Below, piece after piece: positions 55,724-64,000 of a DNA stretch of 64,000 nucleotides. Location: assembly GCA_965195285.1 (NCBI GenBank), contig CBDAFS010000039.1, forward strand, positions 64,001-128,000, in the 5' to 3' direction. How positions within the stretch are numbered: the stretch's first letter is position 1; each line of letters opens with the position of its first letter. The notes under the pieces are model-generated. The model did no database searches. It saw only the letters and a list, made by a program, of their open reading frames with translations, and was not told the origin of the DNA. The stretch comes from an uncultured Aminicenantes bacterium. Its GTDB lineage: Bacteria > Acidobacteriota > Aminicenantia > UBA2199. A program made the translations under genes and the position numbers.

Positions 55724-58048
55724 TTATTGAGTTGATTTTATACGCATCTCGATGAAATCTGACAGCCGCTTGGCCATGGGATGTTCCGGATGGATTGAAA
55801 TCAATTTGTCTGCAAACTGTTTGGCCCGGGGATATTCCCCGGTTTTGACATAATGATCGGCCATGGCAAAGAGAAAATCAGCATTATCCGGTTCCTGCCC
55901 GAGGGCTCTTTTAAGGGAAGCTTCTGCTTCGGAATAGCGATTCAAAACCTGGTAGATCAGGCCCAGGTTGTAGTGAATGCGGGCCCGCTGGGGTAGTCCC
56001 CGGGCAGCCCTTTCCAGATAAGGGGCTGCCTTGTCATATCGCTTCATTTCAGCCAGTAAAAGTCCCAATGAGTAAGCCACTTCAGCTGAATCAGGTTGGC
56101 CTTTTTCTACTTCCCGAAGCATCGCCAAGGCCTTGTCATTTTTTCCCATCTGGTTATACAGGATGGCCAGGTTGTTTTTGGCTTGGAGGAAAAGGTTGTC
56201 TATCTTTATGGCCGCCTGGTAATGCTGAACGGCCAGTTCATGTAATCCCTGGTTGGTGTACAGGTTTCCCAGGTTGAACCGCCCGGAGGCAAAATCCGAC
56301 GCATAAAGCATAAATTCTTTGTATTCACCCAGGGCGCGTTCAAAAGCAGCCCGTTCCGGGTTTTTGAACTGTTTGGCCGGGATGGTGGACAAATTCATGG
56401 CAGCCTGGGCCCGGACTGACTTACGGGGGTCATACAACAGCGGTGCGATTATATTCAGACGTTCCCGGGGATCAATCCAGCTATAGAAATGAACTGCCGT
56501 GTGACGGATCAGAGATTCTCCATCCGTTAAAGCCTTTTTTAATAATTCTATATTTGCATATCCGGGATACATGCTCAAAAGTGAAAGCGCCGTGGCCCGA
56601 ACATTTACCGGATATAATTCATTCTCTACCAGTTTGATCAGGTTGGGTATGGCTTCCGGTTTTCTCCTGCGGCCGGCATCCAGTAAAGTACCATAGTGAG
56701 GTTTTCGGCCGATACCATACCACTTGGTGAATTCTTGGTTGGCCCATTCATCCGATTTGTCCCGATGGCAGCGGGTACAGGCGTTGGGAGTCTTTATGTT
56801 TAAACTAAGATCGGGCCGGGGAATTCGAAAACTATGGTCATTTCGCAGGTCATTCCCCATGTAGTACCGGGCGGGCATATGACATTCGATGCATTCAGCA
56901 CCCTTCCCTACCGCAACAATCTTATTGCCAGACAACCTCAGCGGCTCACCTTCTTCGCCCTTTTTTTTATGAAAATGGTGGCTGTACCGGTCATAGACAT
57001 CCTGTTGATGACAGGTCAGACACATGTCATTGGGTTCCTTCCCTGCCAGCAACTCCAAACTGTGGGCATCGTGACAGTCCCGGCAGCTGACCTCATTTCG
57101 ATACATCTTACTCTGGATAAAAGATCCGTACACATAGACCTCACCCAGAATCTGACCGTCAGCAAAATAGAGATCTTCGGAAAGCAGCGCAGGAATGGCA
57201 ATATCCAGTAGATCTTTAGAAGGATGGTCAAAATCACCCAATTGAGAGCGGCGGGAATGGCAGCGGGCACAGATATCAACATACCCTTTGGAAGTCAGGT
57301 TGGAGGTTTGCGTGGCCAGTTCATAATTGCTGGCTTGCGGCCGGGCCATTTCCGGTAATTCGGCCCACTCCACATGGCGGGACCCTGGCCCATGGCAGGC
57401 CTCACAATTGACATCGATTTCAGACCAGGTGGTGTTGAAGGTGTCTGTCTCGGGATCATAGCCCTTCCTGAGATGGGTGGAGTGACACTCGGCACACATG
57501 GTGTTCCAATTCTGACCGGGATTGGTCCAGTAGAGCCAGTCATCCGGTAGAATTTTTTCATCCGGATACACCTCAGTAAAAAGATGGAACCATTTTTTCT
57601 TCTCCGTATCCCAGGCAATGGGCAAACACTGAAGACGTCCACCCTCAAAAGGTACTAAATATTGCTGAAGCGGAGTAATTCCAAAGGTATGGGTAATCTC
57701 AAAATCAGCCATCCTGCCATCCGGACCCGGTGTGTTAATAAAAAACTTTTCGCCTTGGCGAAAAAAACGAGAGGTAACACCGTCATGTTCAAGGGTGGCA
57801 TTGTTAAAATCACCTTTAACACTTTTTTCACTGGCAATATCCATGGCATCATCGTGATGGGAACCCAGCCACTTATCATATTCCTTCCGGTGACAGTCCA
57901 CACATTTTTGACCCCCCACGAATGTGGCCTCCCGAAGAGGACTCTGGGTATGGAACAGACCGAATATATGGACCTTCAGAAGATATATGGGTATGGCCAG
58001 AACAATGGCAACCGCTGCCAAAAAACCGGTTATCTTCCAGGCTCTCAT
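55724..58048 (-). CDS. Multiheme (8 CxxCH) c-type cytochrome with HEAT and TPR repeats
   Basis: CVDCH, CAECH, CEACH, CARCH, CRDCH, CLTCH, CIECH, CTRCH; N-terminal TM; C-terminal TPRs. Confidence 0.9.
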   Translation of the reverse strand: MRAWKITGFLAAVAIVLAIPIYLLKVHIFGLFHTQSPLREATFVGGQKCVDCHRKEYDKWLGSHHDDAMDIASEKSVKGDFNNATLEHDGVTSRFFRQGEKFFINTPGPDGRMADFEITHTFGITPLQQYLVPFEGGRLQCLPIAWDTEKKKWFHLFTEVYPDEKILPDDWLYWTNPGQNWNTMCAECHSTHLRKGYDPETDTFNTTWSEIDVNCEACHGPGSRHVEWAELPEMARPQASNYELATQTSNLTSKGYVDICARCHSRRSQLGDFDHPSKDLLDIAIPALLSEDLYFADGQILGEVYVYGSFIQSKMYRNEVSCRDCHDAHSLELLAGKEPNDMCLTCHQQDVYDRYSHHFHKKKGEEGEPLRLSGNKIVAVGKGAECIECHMPARYYMGNDLRNDHSFRIPRPDLSLNIKTPNACTRCHRDKSDEWANQEFTKWYGIGRKPHYGTLLDAGRRRKPEAIPNLIKLVENELYPVNVRATALSLLSMYPGYANIELLKKALTDGESLIRHTAVHFYSWIDPRERLNIIAPLLYDPRKSVRAQAAMNLSTIPAKQFKNPERAAFERALGEYKEFMLYASDFASGRFNLGNLYTNQGLHELAVQHYQAAIKIDNLFLQAKNNLAILYNQMGKNDKALAMLREVEKGQPDSAEVAYSLGLLLAEMKRYDKAAPYLERAARGLPQRARIHYNLGLIYQVLNRYSEAEASLKRALGQEPDNADFLFAMADHYVKTGEYPRAKQFADKLISIHPEHPMAKRLSDFIEMRIKSTQ

Positions 58049-58620
58049 TCCGGTTTCACCCAGTTCTTCGGTTCCTGCGGCTTTTTAGCCTGAGAGGGAT
58101 TGTACCGTTTTCTCTGCAGGGCTTTGGCCGTATCCACTTTAACGATCTCATTTTCAATAATGACCGGAAACAGGTCCAGAGCGCGCGGGGCAGGTGGATT
58201 AATCACATCCCCCTTTATATCAAAGCTTGAGGAATGACAGGGGCAGAGAAACTTGTTTTGTTTTTGGTACCAGCTGACCGTACAACCCAGGTGGGTACAT
58301 CGCCGGGAAAAAGCTAAAAAACCACCGTCTTCCAGCCGGGACAGGAAAAAATGACCCCGGGCAAAGGCAGTAACCGTGCCGGGTTCAAAGCTTTCGGCAG
58401 CACCGGCTTCAATAAGACTGCCGAATTCTCCGCCTTTGGCAGGGCGTTTTCGGGGTTTTAAAAAAGCAGTAATGACCGCAATGGCTTCGACTATGGCCAG
58501 CCCACCCAGTCCCAGAAGGATTTTGGTCAGGAATCCCCGGCGGCCGTGATCGGGTTGATCGGTATCCGAATTCAATTGTTTTTTCGTTTCGGTTTTATTC
58601 TTAGAGATTATATTATTCAT
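58045..58620 (-). CDS. Rieske [2Fe-2S] protein
   Basis: Tat motif GRRGFL, CTHLGC, CPCH, PPAPRAL. Confidence 0.93.
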   Translation of the reverse strand: MNNIISKNKTETKKQLNSDTDQPDHGRRGFLTKILLGLGGLAIVEAIAVITAFLKPRKRPAKGGEFGSLIEAGAAESFEPGTVTAFARGHFFLSRLEDGGFLAFSRRCTHLGCTVSWYQKQNKFLCPCHSSSFDIKGDVINPPAPRALDLFPVIIENEIVKVDTAKALQRKRYNPSQAKKPQEPKNWVKPE

Positions 58621-58658
58621 TGGCTCAATCCATACCCATTATCCAGGTTCATCCCGAA

Positions 58659-60044
58659 TCAATTCCAGGGCAACACCAGGGCCATGCCTTCCCCTCTGAA
58701 CCAGATACCCGCTATGGTAGTAATCAGGAAAGCCACCAGCAATAGGATAAACAGGGTTTGCAACGCTTCATTATTGGAAGCGGCATATCTCTTTTTCATC
58801 CCTCTGTAGAATAAAATCAGAAATGAAGTTAAAATCAATACCGGAACCAGACCCAGGGTAACCAGGCTTGGAATTCCGGGTAGCCAGAGCTCGATTTTCA
58901 GTAAAAATTCATCCATCAAAATGAAAGCGGGTGTGAGGATCAATGCGGTAACAGCAGCCACAACACCCATCTTCCGCCCTTTGGTTGAATGAAACCATAT
59001 ACCTTGAGGAGTCTGATCGTAGCGGATATAAGGGATGAGAAATATAATAACAATAAACAGAAGGGGTATAACCAGAGCTGCAAATACAGGATGAAAATGC
59101 ATCAGCAATTCCTGAAAACCCATAAAGTACCAGGGTGCTTTGGTGGGATTGGGGCTAAGTCCCGGGTTGGCCTTTTCGGCCAGGGGAGCATTGAAAAATA
59201 TGGCTAAGAACAGGATTAATCCAATCAACACCAGCGCCACAACCCCCTCTCGAACCACCAGATGGGGAATGGTTGAAACAAATTTTCCTTTTGATTCAAC
59301 CCGGTCTTCAGGCCGGGGAGGCCGCATAACCCCGCCGGCTTTTCGTACCCTCCAGAAGTGAAATCCCATAAGCGTAACCAGGCTGGCCGGTAGAATAAAC
59401 GTATGAAAGGTATAAAAGATTGAAATGGTGACAGGGCCCACCTCAGAACCCCCTCTGATCATATCCTGGAGCCATGGACCTGCCCAGGGAATATAACCCA
59501 CAATTCCGACACATATGGTAATGGCCCAATAGGCTAACTGATCCCAGGGAAGTAAATAGCCGGTAAAATTGGAAAAAATCACCAGGAAAAACAAACCGAG
59601 TCCGATTACCCAGTTGAACTGGCGGGAATGGGTAAAAGCCCCGGTAAAATAGACCCGCAGCAGGTGTAAAAAGGTCACCAGCAACAGCAGAACCGCACTC
59701 CAGTAATGGATGTTTCGGATCAATTGGCCGAACATGATCTCATTTTGAAGGGCGATAATAGACTCATAGGCTTTTCCGGGAAACGGAAGGTAAACAAATT
59801 TCAAAAACACCCCGCTGATAAACTGAATCAGGATCAGCAGAAGGGCCATGCCGCCGAGTCCCCAGGTACGGGAAAAGCCGAGAGTGCTTTTTTCGACAAC
59901 CGGGGGATGGATATGCAGGATAAGGCTGTTCAATATGGCTCGTCTTCTCTCCGTTTCGGTTTTGGGCTGGAAAGTGCGGGGAAATATCGACCGATAAATG
60001 CGATAAAAAAGACCTTTCCGGCTTACCTGTTCTTTTTCATCCAT
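58659..60044 (-). CDS. Cytochrome b (b6 plus subunit IV-like in one chain)
   Basis: IRNIHYWSA, LHLLRV, TGYLLPWDQLAYWA, FH..LP..H, KAPWYF. Confidence 0.9.
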   Translation of the reverse strand: MDEKEQVSRKGLFYRIYRSIFPRTFQPKTETERRRAILNSLILHIHPPVVEKSTLGFSRTWGLGGMALLLILIQFISGVFLKFVYLPFPGKAYESIIALQNEIMFGQLIRNIHYWSAVLLLLVTFLHLLRVYFTGAFTHSRQFNWVIGLGLFFLVIFSNFTGYLLPWDQLAYWAITICVGIVGYIPWAGPWLQDMIRGGSEVGPVTISIFYTFHTFILPASLVTLMGFHFWRVRKAGGVMRPPRPEDRVESKGKFVSTIPHLVVREGVVALVLIGLILFLAIFFNAPLAEKANPGLSPNPTKAPWYFMGFQELLMHFHPVFAALVIPLLFIVIIFLIPYIRYDQTPQGIWFHSTKGRKMGVVAAVTALILTPAFILMDEFLLKIELWLPGIPSLVTLGLVPVLILTSFLILFYRGMKKRYAASNNEALQTLFILLLVAFLITTIAGIWFRGEGMALVLPWN

Positions 60045-60119
60045 AGGCTATTATAAAAAATATCAAAATACCTGTCAATTGAGTGGGAAATAGAATCAAA
60101 GGTTATCCGGTTGCGCCCA

Positions 60120-61514
60120 TCATGGATTGAGTGATTTTTGTAAAACCGGATACAAAACTGATTTTTTCCTCTTTAGCAACCGGTCTCTGACCCGGGAAAC
60201 CGATTTGATCAATTTTCGAGAAGACCAACTCAGTTCATTAAGTCCGGCTGCTGTTTTTCCAAACAACTCTTCCTTTAGTCCATTCAGCTGGTTTTTCAAC
60301 TGAGAATCCTCCGTCTTCCCCAGCAGCCAGGTCAGGGTGGCGGCTCCGGGGCTGGGATAAATCCGATCCAGCCAGGCCATTAACAGATTATACGCCATTT
60401 TGGCATCATTCTGCCTGCATCCCCGTATAAATCTTTTAAAATAGGCGGCTTCTGATTCTTTTTTTTCCTGCCTTCTTTTCTTTCTCCAACGAACATAACG
60501 TTTGATCATGGGGATCAGCAACAGCCAGCAGCAGGCAACAATTACTGCCAGGGCCAGGACAATTTGTATTAAACGGGAAATGTCAAAACCGCTTTTTTCC
60601 CTGACCTCCTCTCCTTCACCTGCAGTGGGGATTTGTTTCTCAAGGGTTTCCAGCATTTCCTTTTCGAGATCTGGATTTGTTTTCACCGACAGATGATAAA
60701 CCGGAAGCTCATCTTTGTGCAGGCTTTTATTTTTTATATCCCACCAGTAAATGTTTAATGCCGGAAGCTGATATTCCCCCTCCTTTTCAAAAAGGTAAGT
60801 AACCGATTCAATACGCTTTCCAGTTGATTCACCGCGAATGACTTGCTCCGACACCTGCGGGGGATCCGGGTAAATAGCGATTCCCTCGATCTGGTCAAAA
60901 GAAAGCGTGGGCAGCAGCATGCCCACTGAGTCTTCAGCTACCATGGTAATGGTGCGGTTGAGTGAATCCCCCACTCTTAAATTCTGCAAATCTTTATCAA
61001 ATGTGTCTTCAACGCTCAGGTTCGGCGTGGTCACAAACGAATCAATATTTTCAGCCCCCGGGGGAATCCGGACATTGAAAGTCAGCGAAGGTGACGTTAA
61101 AGTGGTTTTTCCCGGAGTTCTGCCGGGGATGGCATAGCTGACCTTGACCTCCAGACTGGGAACCGTATAGTTTCCGGCCCGCTGGGGAAAAACCACATAT
61201 TCCCTCCGCTGGACCGCCCAGGTTTCTCCGTTAATGCGCTCGGTGAAATTGATGCCAAACTGACTCAACTGCAGGGTTATTGCCTTGGCAATTCTCATTT
61301 CGGGAAAGTCCGGCGCTTGGGCAAACCAGGTATTGGTCAGCACATCTACCCAGAGCATAACCTTCTGTCCGACCACAATTGAATCTCCTCCAGCCAAGCG
61401 GGCCCGGATTTTGGTTGGATTTAGGGTATTGTCTTCTGCTGAGGGCAGGGCATTCTGGGCTGGAATCCCTCCGAAAACCATAAAAGAAACCAAAACCAAC
61501 CACACTATTTTCAT
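60120..61514 (-). CDS. BatD-like protein
   Basis: Signal peptide, FPQRAG, VGDSLNRTI, YPD, WWD, single TM; follows the VWA genes. Confidence 0.75.
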   Translation of the reverse strand: MKIVWLVLVSFMVFGGIPAQNALPSAEDNTLNPTKIRARLAGGDSIVVGQKVMLWVDVLTNTWFAQAPDFPEMRIAKAITLQLSQFGINFTERINGETWAVQRREYVVFPQRAGNYTVPSLEVKVSYAIPGRTPGKTTLTSPSLTFNVRIPPGAENIDSFVTTPNLSVEDTFDKDLQNLRVGDSLNRTITMVAEDSVGMLLPTLSFDQIEGIAIYPDPPQVSEQVIRGESTGKRIESVTYLFEKEGEYQLPALNIYWWDIKNKSLHKDELPVYHLSVKTNPDLEKEMLETLEKQIPTAGEGEEVREKSGFDISRLIQIVLALAVIVACCWLLLIPMIKRYVRWRKKRRQEKKESEAAYFKRFIRGCRQNDAKMAYNLLMAWLDRIYPSPGAATLTWLLGKTEDSQLKNQLNGLKEELFGKTAAGLNELSWSSRKLIKSVSRVRDRLLKRKKSVLYPVLQKSLNP

Positions 61515-63169
61515 TTTTTCTTCTGCTGACCTGTTTTTTTATCATCCAAAAGGAGCTGATAGCTGAATTTGAAGCGCAGAAAATCAGCCGGGCTGGTTTG
61601 TACCCGGCGCATCCACATCTCATTGATCTGTTCATCGGTCAGCATATCCATTTTTATCTCCTGGGGATCCCCTTCTATCTCCGGCCGTTTGGTTTTATCC
61701 TTGGGATCGGATATTTTAATTTCATCCGCTCCTATCAGAGAACCGGGCTGGGATTCTTCTTCCTCATCTTTTTTACTTTTTTTATCTTCAATTATCTTTT
61801 TTATTAGCTTAAAATTGTGTTGGGCATCAACATGACCCGGTTTCCTTTTCAATGCCTGCTGAAAACTCTCTAGGGCATTTTCGTACTGTCCCAGACGGGC
61901 ATAGGCATTCCCCAGATTTAAATAACTTTCAGCAGTATCCAGCCGGGAAAACTGTTGTATAGCATTCTGATAATCTTTATTAAAATAAAATGAAATTCCT
62001 TTCCACAACGGATTTTCAAACAGCTGGGCCGCTTTTGCATAATCACTGCGTTCAAAATAATATCGTCCCTGCTGGTCGGCAGTCATCCACAGATTGATAA
62101 AACCGGAGCTGTCTGCTTTCAGGGTCACGGGTTGCATGAAAAACAAAAAAACAATCAGACCGGAAACCCAGCGGATGGTCCAGCCCCGACGGAACCAGAA
62201 AAGAGCCAGCAAAGCAGCAGGAAACAGTAAAAAATAGCCAAAATCCTTCCAGTTGCGGTTTTCATCCTCACTCAACACATTCTGCAAATGTCTCTGGATA
62301 TTGCGGTTAATGCGCCCCACATCACTGTCATCCACGGTAACCGAAGTGACATAAACATCGGCTCCCCTGGAAAGAGTTAACAAACCCTCCCGGTCGAGCC
62401 GGCTGGTCACCCGGTTTCCATTTTCATCTGTTAAGAAAAGATTGTTACCCAGTGGAATGGGTCCCCCGGATTCACGCCCCATCCCCAGGATTAAAATTTT
62501 GGATTTGTTTTCCCGGCTCCAGTCATCAAACGCAGGGAAGTATTTTGATTCGATTCGGTTGGTTATAAACAGGATAGACCCGGGAGTGATTTCCTTTGCC
62601 AACATCTTTTCAGCTAAATCGATGGCCAGGTCAGCCCTTTTACCCGGCTTGGGCATGATTTCCGGATGGAGTGAATCCAGATAGGTTTCCATAATTTGTT
62701 GATCATCGGTTAGAGGGAGTATCAGGTGGGCACTGCCCGCATAGACAAGGAGAGCGGTCCTGGAACCGCTTCTTCGTTCCATCAGGTCGCGAATCTTTTG
62801 TTTGGCCCGTTCCACCCGGGAGGGTTGAATATCAACAGCGTTCATCTCCACTGAAAGATCCAGGGCAATAACCAGGGGAGCCTGGTCTTCGGTAAATGGC
62901 AGGGGCTCCTGCTGCCAGGTGGGGCCGGCCATGGCCATGATTAATAAAAAAACCACCGGGAAAAACAGATTGGCCGGCCGCAGTTTTCCTTTTTTATCCT
63001 TGCCCACCAGTAAATGTGCCAGCAGGTGGGGGGCAATGGTTTTTTTCCAGGTGCGGGAAACATCCTGTCTCCTCAGCAATAGCCACTGCAGCAACACAGC
63101 CGGAATTAGCAACAGCAGCCATAAAGAACGGATAAAATGGAATTGGGAAAGTAGACTGAGGTCAGGCAT
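61511..63169 (-). CDS. VWA plus TPR protein (BatB/C-like)
   Basis: AGPTW, ALDLS, PSRVERAK, PLTDD, WFRRG, TPRs. Confidence 0.85.
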   Translation of the reverse strand: MPDLSLLSQFHFIRSLWLLLLIPAVLLQWLLLRRQDVSRTWKKTIAPHLLAHLLVGKDKKGKLRPANLFFPVVFLLIMAMAGPTWQQEPLPFTEDQAPLVIALDLSVEMNAVDIQPSRVERAKQKIRDLMERRSGSRTALLVYAGSAHLILPLTDDQQIMETYLDSLHPEIMPKPGKRADLAIDLAEKMLAKEITPGSILFITNRIESKYFPAFDDWSRENKSKILILGMGRESGGPIPLGNNLFLTDENGNRVTSRLDREGLLTLSRGADVYVTSVTVDDSDVGRINRNIQRHLQNVLSEDENRNWKDFGYFLLFPAALLALFWFRRGWTIRWVSGLIVFLFFMQPVTLKADSSGFINLWMTADQQGRYYFERSDYAKAAQLFENPLWKGISFYFNKDYQNAIQQFSRLDTAESYLNLGNAYARLGQYENALESFQQALKRKPGHVDAQHNFKLIKKIIEDKKSKKDEEEESQPGSLIGADEIKISDPKDKTKRPEIEGDPQEIKMDMLTDEQINEMWMRRVQTSPADFLRFKFSYQLLLDDKKTGQQKKK

Positions 63170-64000
63170 TTTTTTTCTTACCCCTCCTTCTAAGCAAACT
63201 TCCCGCTGCGGCAATCAAATGAAAGGAAATCAGGAGAACCAGCAGCAGGGCTATAGGATAAAAAAACAATGGTCTTCGGGGCCGGTAAGAGAGGGTTTCG
63301 AACTCGACTTTTTCCAGGTCATCCAGTTTCTGGTATATTTGTTCAAGTTCTTCCCGGTCCACGGCCTGGAAAAACTGGCCGCCAGTAACCTCTGATATTT
63401 CTTTAAGGGTATCAACATCCATCTCGTTCTCACCGGCGGTTTCCGGGTCTCCCATGGCAATGGTATGGATAGTAACCCCTTTCTGAGCGGCAATTCCGGC
63501 TGCCCGCACCGGCGGCACCTTGCTTCCGGTATCGTTGCCATCGGTAAGCAGGATCAAAACCCGGTTCTGGGTTTCACTGTTTTCGAATAATTTCATACTC
63601 AATCCGATTGCATCGCCGATCATGGTCTGGGGGCCGGCCATGTTCACCTGGGCTTCATCAAGCAAGAGGCGGAAGGTTTCGAAATCCTGGGTAAAGGGCA
63701 CCTGGAGAAAGGCCTGGGTGCCAAAAAAAATTAATCCCAGCCGGTCACCCTCACGGCGCTTGATAAAATCATTTAAGACCAGTTTTACTGCTTTTAAGCG
63801 TTCGATTTTTTGCCCATCTGGATCCAGAAAATCAGCTGTCTCCATGGACCCGGAAAGATCAACAGCTAACATCAAATCGCGTCCCGATTCAATTTTAGTG
63901 ATGGGTTCTTCCACCCATTGCGGACGGGCCATTGCACCCACCAGCAGCAGCCAGGCAATCGGAAGCAACACCATCTGAAACCAGTTTCGACGCAGAATGA
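63162..64000 (-). CDS. VWA domain protein (BatA-like), 5' end beyond the window
   Basis: ARPQW, MIDAS DLSGSM, T..GDAIG, LLTDG. Confidence 0.88.
   Translation of the reverse strand, partial: ILRRNWFQMVLLPIAWLLLVGAMARPQWVEEPITKIESGRDLMLAVDLSGSMETADFLDPDGQKIERLKAVKLVLNDFIKRREGDRLGLIFFGTQAFLQVPFTQDFETFRLLLDEAQVNMAGPQTMIGDAIGLSMKLFENSETQNRVLILLTDGNDTGSKVPPVRAAGIAAQKGVTIHTIAMGDPETAGENEMDVDTLKEISEVTGGQFFQAVDREELEQIYQKLDDLEKVEFETLSYRPRRPLFFYPIALLLVLLISFHLIAAAGSLLRRRGKKKNA

Overview
64 kb of a moderately AT-rich bacterial chromosome. Gene content (pilB-T-C-S-R cluster, C69 peptidase, VPS10/BNR protein, anaerobic sulfatase maturase, Bat/VWA operon) suggests an anaerobic diderm such as Aminicenantia/Acidobacteriota; this is inference only. 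The backbone is mostly housekeeping: pssA/psd, queF, etfBA, purH, maf, type IV pilus genes, ruvCAB, thiC, cbpA. Three accessory blocks stand out. (1) A SynChlorMet-type RiPP cassette (23.9-27.7 kb): PqqD/RRE, two radical SAM/SPASM enzymes, an HPr-kinase-like protein and a truncated S24/S26 peptidase stub, surrounding a 78-aa peptide with a YEKPxL leader and six Cys-x-x-Gly units at an exact 10-residue period. This peptide is a strong candidate for the precursor that, as I recall, the family definition lacked. (2) A ~12.8 kb, largely AT-rich island (6.3-19.2 kb) with two divergent operons. One is a 5mC methyltransferase / MORC-GHKL-histidine-kinase fusion / receiver protein / HNH nuclease / Mig-like T:G glycosylase defence operon. 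The other is a Liv-type ABC transporter operon with a 2TM protein, an unannotated 52-aa ORF and a divergent polyprenyl synthase inserted. (3) A cytochrome b / Rieske / octaheme-TPR module lying between a Bat operon and a sulfatase maturase. Non-coding signals include tandem NrdR-like boxes on a lytic transglycosylase promoter, a structured ~900 bp intergenic region with a sigma54-like promoter, and heptad-periodic inverted repeats. No rRNA, tRNA, CRISPR array or transposase was seen. All calls come from motif recognition, without database searches.
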